NCBI GenBank assembly: GCA_965248755.1
Contig: OZ252149.1
Location: forward strand, 4,288,001 to 4,352,000
Length of the DNA stretch: 64,000 nucleotides
Reading direction: 5' to 3'
Source: Candidatus Latescibacterota bacterium
Lineage (GTDB): Bacteria > Latescibacterota > CBDEFO01
Part shown: in pieces, positions 61,042 to 64,000 of the stretch
How the letters are laid out: each line of letters opens with the position of its first letter
How positions within the stretch are numbered: the first letter of the stretch is position 1
Program-made: the position numbers and the translations under genes
The notes under the pieces: generated by a model
Databases searched by the model: none
The model's input: only the letters and a program-made list of their open reading frames with translations
Told to the model about the DNA's origin: nothing

Positions 61042-62895
61042 TTGAAGATACTCATTTTGATGAAGATATTCCCCCTGATCTTTCTATCCGTCTTTCTCCT
61101 TTCCGTGCAGACAGCTCCCTCTCAAAATCCGCCCGTTAATGGAAGGTCCATTGCCAGACGCGATTCTGTTGTGACCCAAGCTTATAGTTTGAATGAACTC
61201 CTCTCTAAAAGAGATGAACTTATGAGCCGTGATATTCTCACAACCCTCGTCAAGGCTCAAAGGATAGATGCAACGGACCTTGCCGATCTTCTCAAATACA
61301 CACCCGACGTAGATATAGTTGAAAGGGGGACCTGGGGGAGACTGCGCACAGCAGACATAGGGGGGTTAATTGGCGGAGGAGTCAGAGTGTTTACCAACGG
61401 CCGGGAGGAAATTCCAACCGACTATCGCGGTTTTGACCTCAATTTGCTCCCCCTCGGAGGAGTGGAAAGTATTCTCATCGATCCGATATTCGGAACTATT
61501 CGCATCCGGACGATATTGTCTCACAAAGGGCCACCGATCACTCGAGGCTGGGCGCAATTTGGGGGAGATCGAGTCAACACTGCGGGAGTTGAATTCTCCA
61601 AGCTGATGTCTCCAAGTACAGGCGTTTATCTCTTAGGCGACTTTGGAAACAGGGAAAGTGCAATCGATTTTCGAAAGAGGGTCATCACGGGCGGGATATT
61701 CAGAGACTCAAAAAGATGGAGACTTTCATCTTCCATTTCAACCTACAAAGGGGAAGGTGATCCCACTGCTCCCCAAAGTGTATTTCCCGTGGCGGAAAAA
61801 CAGGATGAACGCGTCTCGCTCAGCGTACAGGCCGATGTATCACCTCGGGGGAATGTAATTCTTTCTTCAGGCGCGTTCATAGATCGCCTCGATCGCGAAC
61901 TATCCGGGCTGCTCCTCCCGAGAGAGGACAACGTAGTTAGAGCATCATTCAAGGCCTCACTGATTTGGGAGAAGTATCTGATAGACGTTGAGTTTTTATC
62001 CCGAAGACGATCTATCGAGGATCAAAATGAGGGTCAAAAGACAGATTATGAGGAGAATACTAGTGAAGCTAGGCTCAACGCACTGGTATCCTTCTACAAA
62101 GACATAGATGTCCGATTATCTGGTTCGATAAGGCACCGTACAGCGTTCGACCTCCGAGCCGACGCCGGACTTGGTCTCAACTACCGTCTTCGAGATGGCA
62201 TCAAATTTGCCGTATCCTTTCAAAGACTATCCCGCGAGCCAGAGTTTGACGAACTGAAATGGCAAAGATACGAAATAGCCCTTCCTCCTCAATCTGCAGA
62301 ACTGAATAGGGAAAGCCACATCGTCTCAACCATCAAGACAGCGCTGGATTTCTCTAGTTGGTCTTTATTTCTGGCATTTTCCGACAGACGCTCTGAAAAC
62401 CTCATAGAACTTTCAGATGCTCTACTCCTGTCTAATTTGCCCAGCGCCCGCATATCCAGATTCACTGCACAGCTTTGCATTTATCCCATCCACAACGTCT
62501 TTGCACAGTTAAACTACCTCTTTGTAGATGGCAAGAATCGTCAGACCGAAGGGGACCTTCTCCATCGTCCCCAAAGCCGTATCAAGGCTCTTATAGAGTG
62601 GAAAGATAGAATCTATCGTGAAAAGGTCGGACTCGGATTCCTCTTTGGGATAAGATATAGAGACACAAGCTCGGACTACGATCCTCTCTCGGACTACGAT
62701 CCTCTCATAGTTGGAACTCCCGCAGTTCTGGGAAGGGGCACATTAATGGAAATCAGAGGCACCTTAAGCCTTTTGCGGCTTACAGCTACATTTACGTTAG
62801 ATTATTTGCTTGACGTCAATCAGTTTATCCGGTTTCGCCACTTCCAACAAAAGAGGTCCTTTCGCTGGGGTGTATACTGGGAGCTTCTAAATTAG
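61042..62895 (+). CDS. TonB-dependent receptor-like outer-membrane protein
   Basis: Signal peptide, plug-like DLADLLKYTPDV...NG...DLNLLPL..VESI, beta-barrel pattern, C-terminal WGVYWEL; 18-bp duplication at 62670-62705. Confidence 0.65.
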   Translation: MKILILMKIFPLIFLSVFLLSVQTAPSQNPPVNGRSIARRDSVVTQAYSLNELLSKRDELMSRDILTTLVKAQRIDATDLADLLKYTPDVDIVERGTWGRLRTADIGGLIGGGVRVFTNGREEIPTDYRGFDLNLLPLGGVESILIDPIFGTIRIRTILSHKGPPITRGWAQFGGDRVNTAGVEFSKLMSPSTGVYLLGDFGNRESAIDFRKRVITGGIFRDSKRWRLSSSISTYKGEGDPTAPQSVFPVAEKQDERVSLSVQADVSPRGNVILSSGAFIDRLDRELSGLLLPREDNVVRASFKASLIWEKYLIDVEFLSRRRSIEDQNEGQKTDYEENTSEARLNALVSFYKDIDVRLSGSIRHRTAFDLRADAGLGLNYRLRDGIKFAVSFQRLSREPEFDELKWQRYEIALPPQSAELNRESHIVSTIKTALDFSSWSLFLAFSDRRSENLIELSDALLLSNLPSARISRFTAQLCIYPIHNVFAQLNYLFVDGKNRQTEGDLLHRPQSRIKALIEWKDRIYREKVGLGFLFGIRYRDTSSDYDPLSDYDPLIVGTPAVLGRGTLMEIRGTLSLLRLTATFTLDYLLDVNQFIRFRHFQQKRSFRWGVYWELLN

Positions 62896-63030
62896 ACTCT
62901 ATTCTAATTCTCAATAACAGGTGACACTTGGAAAAAAAACTTGACTTTGTCATGCAAATATGCTAATTTTATTCACTTAAAGGTAACTTTAAGATTGGCC
63001 TCAAGATTTACACTACAGTAAGGTTTATCT

Positions 63031-63537
63031 ATGTTGCTTAATCGCTACGTTCTCGTTTTGAATCGAAACTATGAGCCGCTGAGTGTGTGCAGCGTGCGCA
63101 GAGCTATACTCCTCATCTTCAGGGGCAAGGCCCATATAGTGGAGGAGCTGGACAGCAAAATCCGAACTGTCCGGGAACATTTCCCTGTCCCAAGCGTGGT
63201 GCGCCTTGAGATATACGTTCGCATTCCTTACAAAAACATTGTCCTCACCAAAAGGAATATTGTCAAAAGGGACAGACACCAGTGTCAATATTGCGGAACC
63301 ACACAAGGTCCTATGACTGTGGATCACGTAATACCGCGCACTCAAGGAGGTAGAAACAGATGGGAAAACCTCGTCTGCGCCTGCATGAGGTGCAATGCTA
63401 AAAAGGGCCGCCAGTCCCCTGAACAGGCGGGTTTAAGCCTTATAAGAGAGCCCAGCTCACCTCATTTCCTTATGTTCATAAAAAACGTTGTTGAAGTCCC
63501 GGATCGAAGATGGAGGCCTTATCTGTTCATGGATTGA
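63031..63537 (+). CDS. HNH endonuclease
   Basis: VLVLN..YEPL, RD.HQCQYCG, TVDHVIP, WENLVCAC..CN.KKG. Confidence 0.93.
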   Translation: MLLNRYVLVLNRNYEPLSVCSVRRAILLIFRGKAHIVEELDSKIRTVREHFPVPSVVRLEIYVRIPYKNIVLTKRNIVKRDRHQCQYCGTTQGPMTVDHVIPRTQGGRNRWENLVCACMRCNAKKGRQSPEQAGLSLIREPSSPHFLMFIKNVVEVPDRRWRPYLFMD

Positions 63538-63601
63538 TAAGGTGCTCTACAAATATTGGCATGAATCGGCACTGGTTGCTCTATGAAACTCCGGAGAGTA
63601 G

Positions 63602-64000
63602 ATGTCTAAGGGCACGATATTGAGCGGAATGAGACCTACAGGAAGGATCCATCTTGGAAACTACGTAGGAGCCCTCGAAAACTGGGTCAATTTACAGAAA
63701 GATTACAAAAACTACCACATGGTAGCGGACTGGCATGTCCTGACTACTGGGTATGAGGATACGTCAGAGATTGAAAGACAAACCAGGGAGATGGTCATAG
63801 ACTGGATAGCCGCAGGTATTGATCCTGAGAAGAGCCCCATATTTGTCCAGTCTCGGATCAAAGAACACTCAGAACTCCACCTGCTGTTCTCCATGCTCGT
63901 TACGACTGCAAGATTGGAGCGCAACCCCACGATCAAAGAACAGGTCAAGGACCTCAATTTAGAAGACAGGATAAGCTACGGTCTCTTGGGCTATCCGATA
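63602..64000 (+). CDS. trpS: Tryptophanyl-tRNA synthetase, 3' partial
   Basis: SGMRPTGRIHLGNYVGAL (HIGH-like), ADWH, AAGIDPEKS, GLLGYP. Confidence 0.95.
   Translation, partial: MSKGTILSGMRPTGRIHLGNYVGALENWVNLQKDYKNYHMVADWHVLTTGYEDTSEIERQTREMVIDWIAAGIDPEKSPIFVQSRIKEHSELHLLFSMLVTTARLERNPTIKEQVKDLNLEDRISYGLLGYPI

Noticed and set aside
63031..63537. HNH nuclease as a defence or mobile system
   Set aside because: Common standalone HNH type among housekeeping genes, with no partner genes or repeats
67..63957. Numerous long antisense or alternate-frame ORFs (e.g. 67-660, 17573-18133, 20434-21003, 52411-53004, 57052-57735)
   Set aside because: They shadow well-supported genes and lack recognisable motifs

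Overview
A 64-kb chromosomal window from a diderm bacterium. The DUF6785-type membrane protein, the GHL-like protein and the C-terminal 'WGxIK'-like tails suggest Latescibacterota or a related FCB lineage (inference only). In order it contains: a partial methyltransferase; a decayed SIR2-domain gene; HAD-aroQ-hisC-hisB running into a long surface-glycan cluster (GT9/GT4/GT2, flippase, nonsense-disrupted wecB, YfhO-type GT-C); an orphan recombinase-like gene with a strong promoter and palindromic operator; exbB-exbD-tonB facing TPR-exbD; two IS256 copies; a run of IS relics (ISL3, IS1380, IS256, IS3) between convergent tRNA-Arg(ACG) and tRNA-Lys(TTT); a pterin-binding methyltransferase; an unusual 844-aa tandem class V FBP aldolase/phosphatase; moaDE with a BMP-type ABC transporter; sugar-acid catabolic genes; heptose biosynthesis (rfaE1/rfaE2); an acidic-repeat TPR protein; efp-accB-accC-gcvH; a TonB-dependent receptor; an HNH nuclease; and the start of trpS. 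The most notable observations are (1) a fused FBP aldolase/phosphatase whose two halves kept complementary active-site motifs, and (2) a ~23-bp palindromic micro-element present at four sites, nested in itself twice and interrupting genes. All calls are from motif recognition by eye; no database searches were run.
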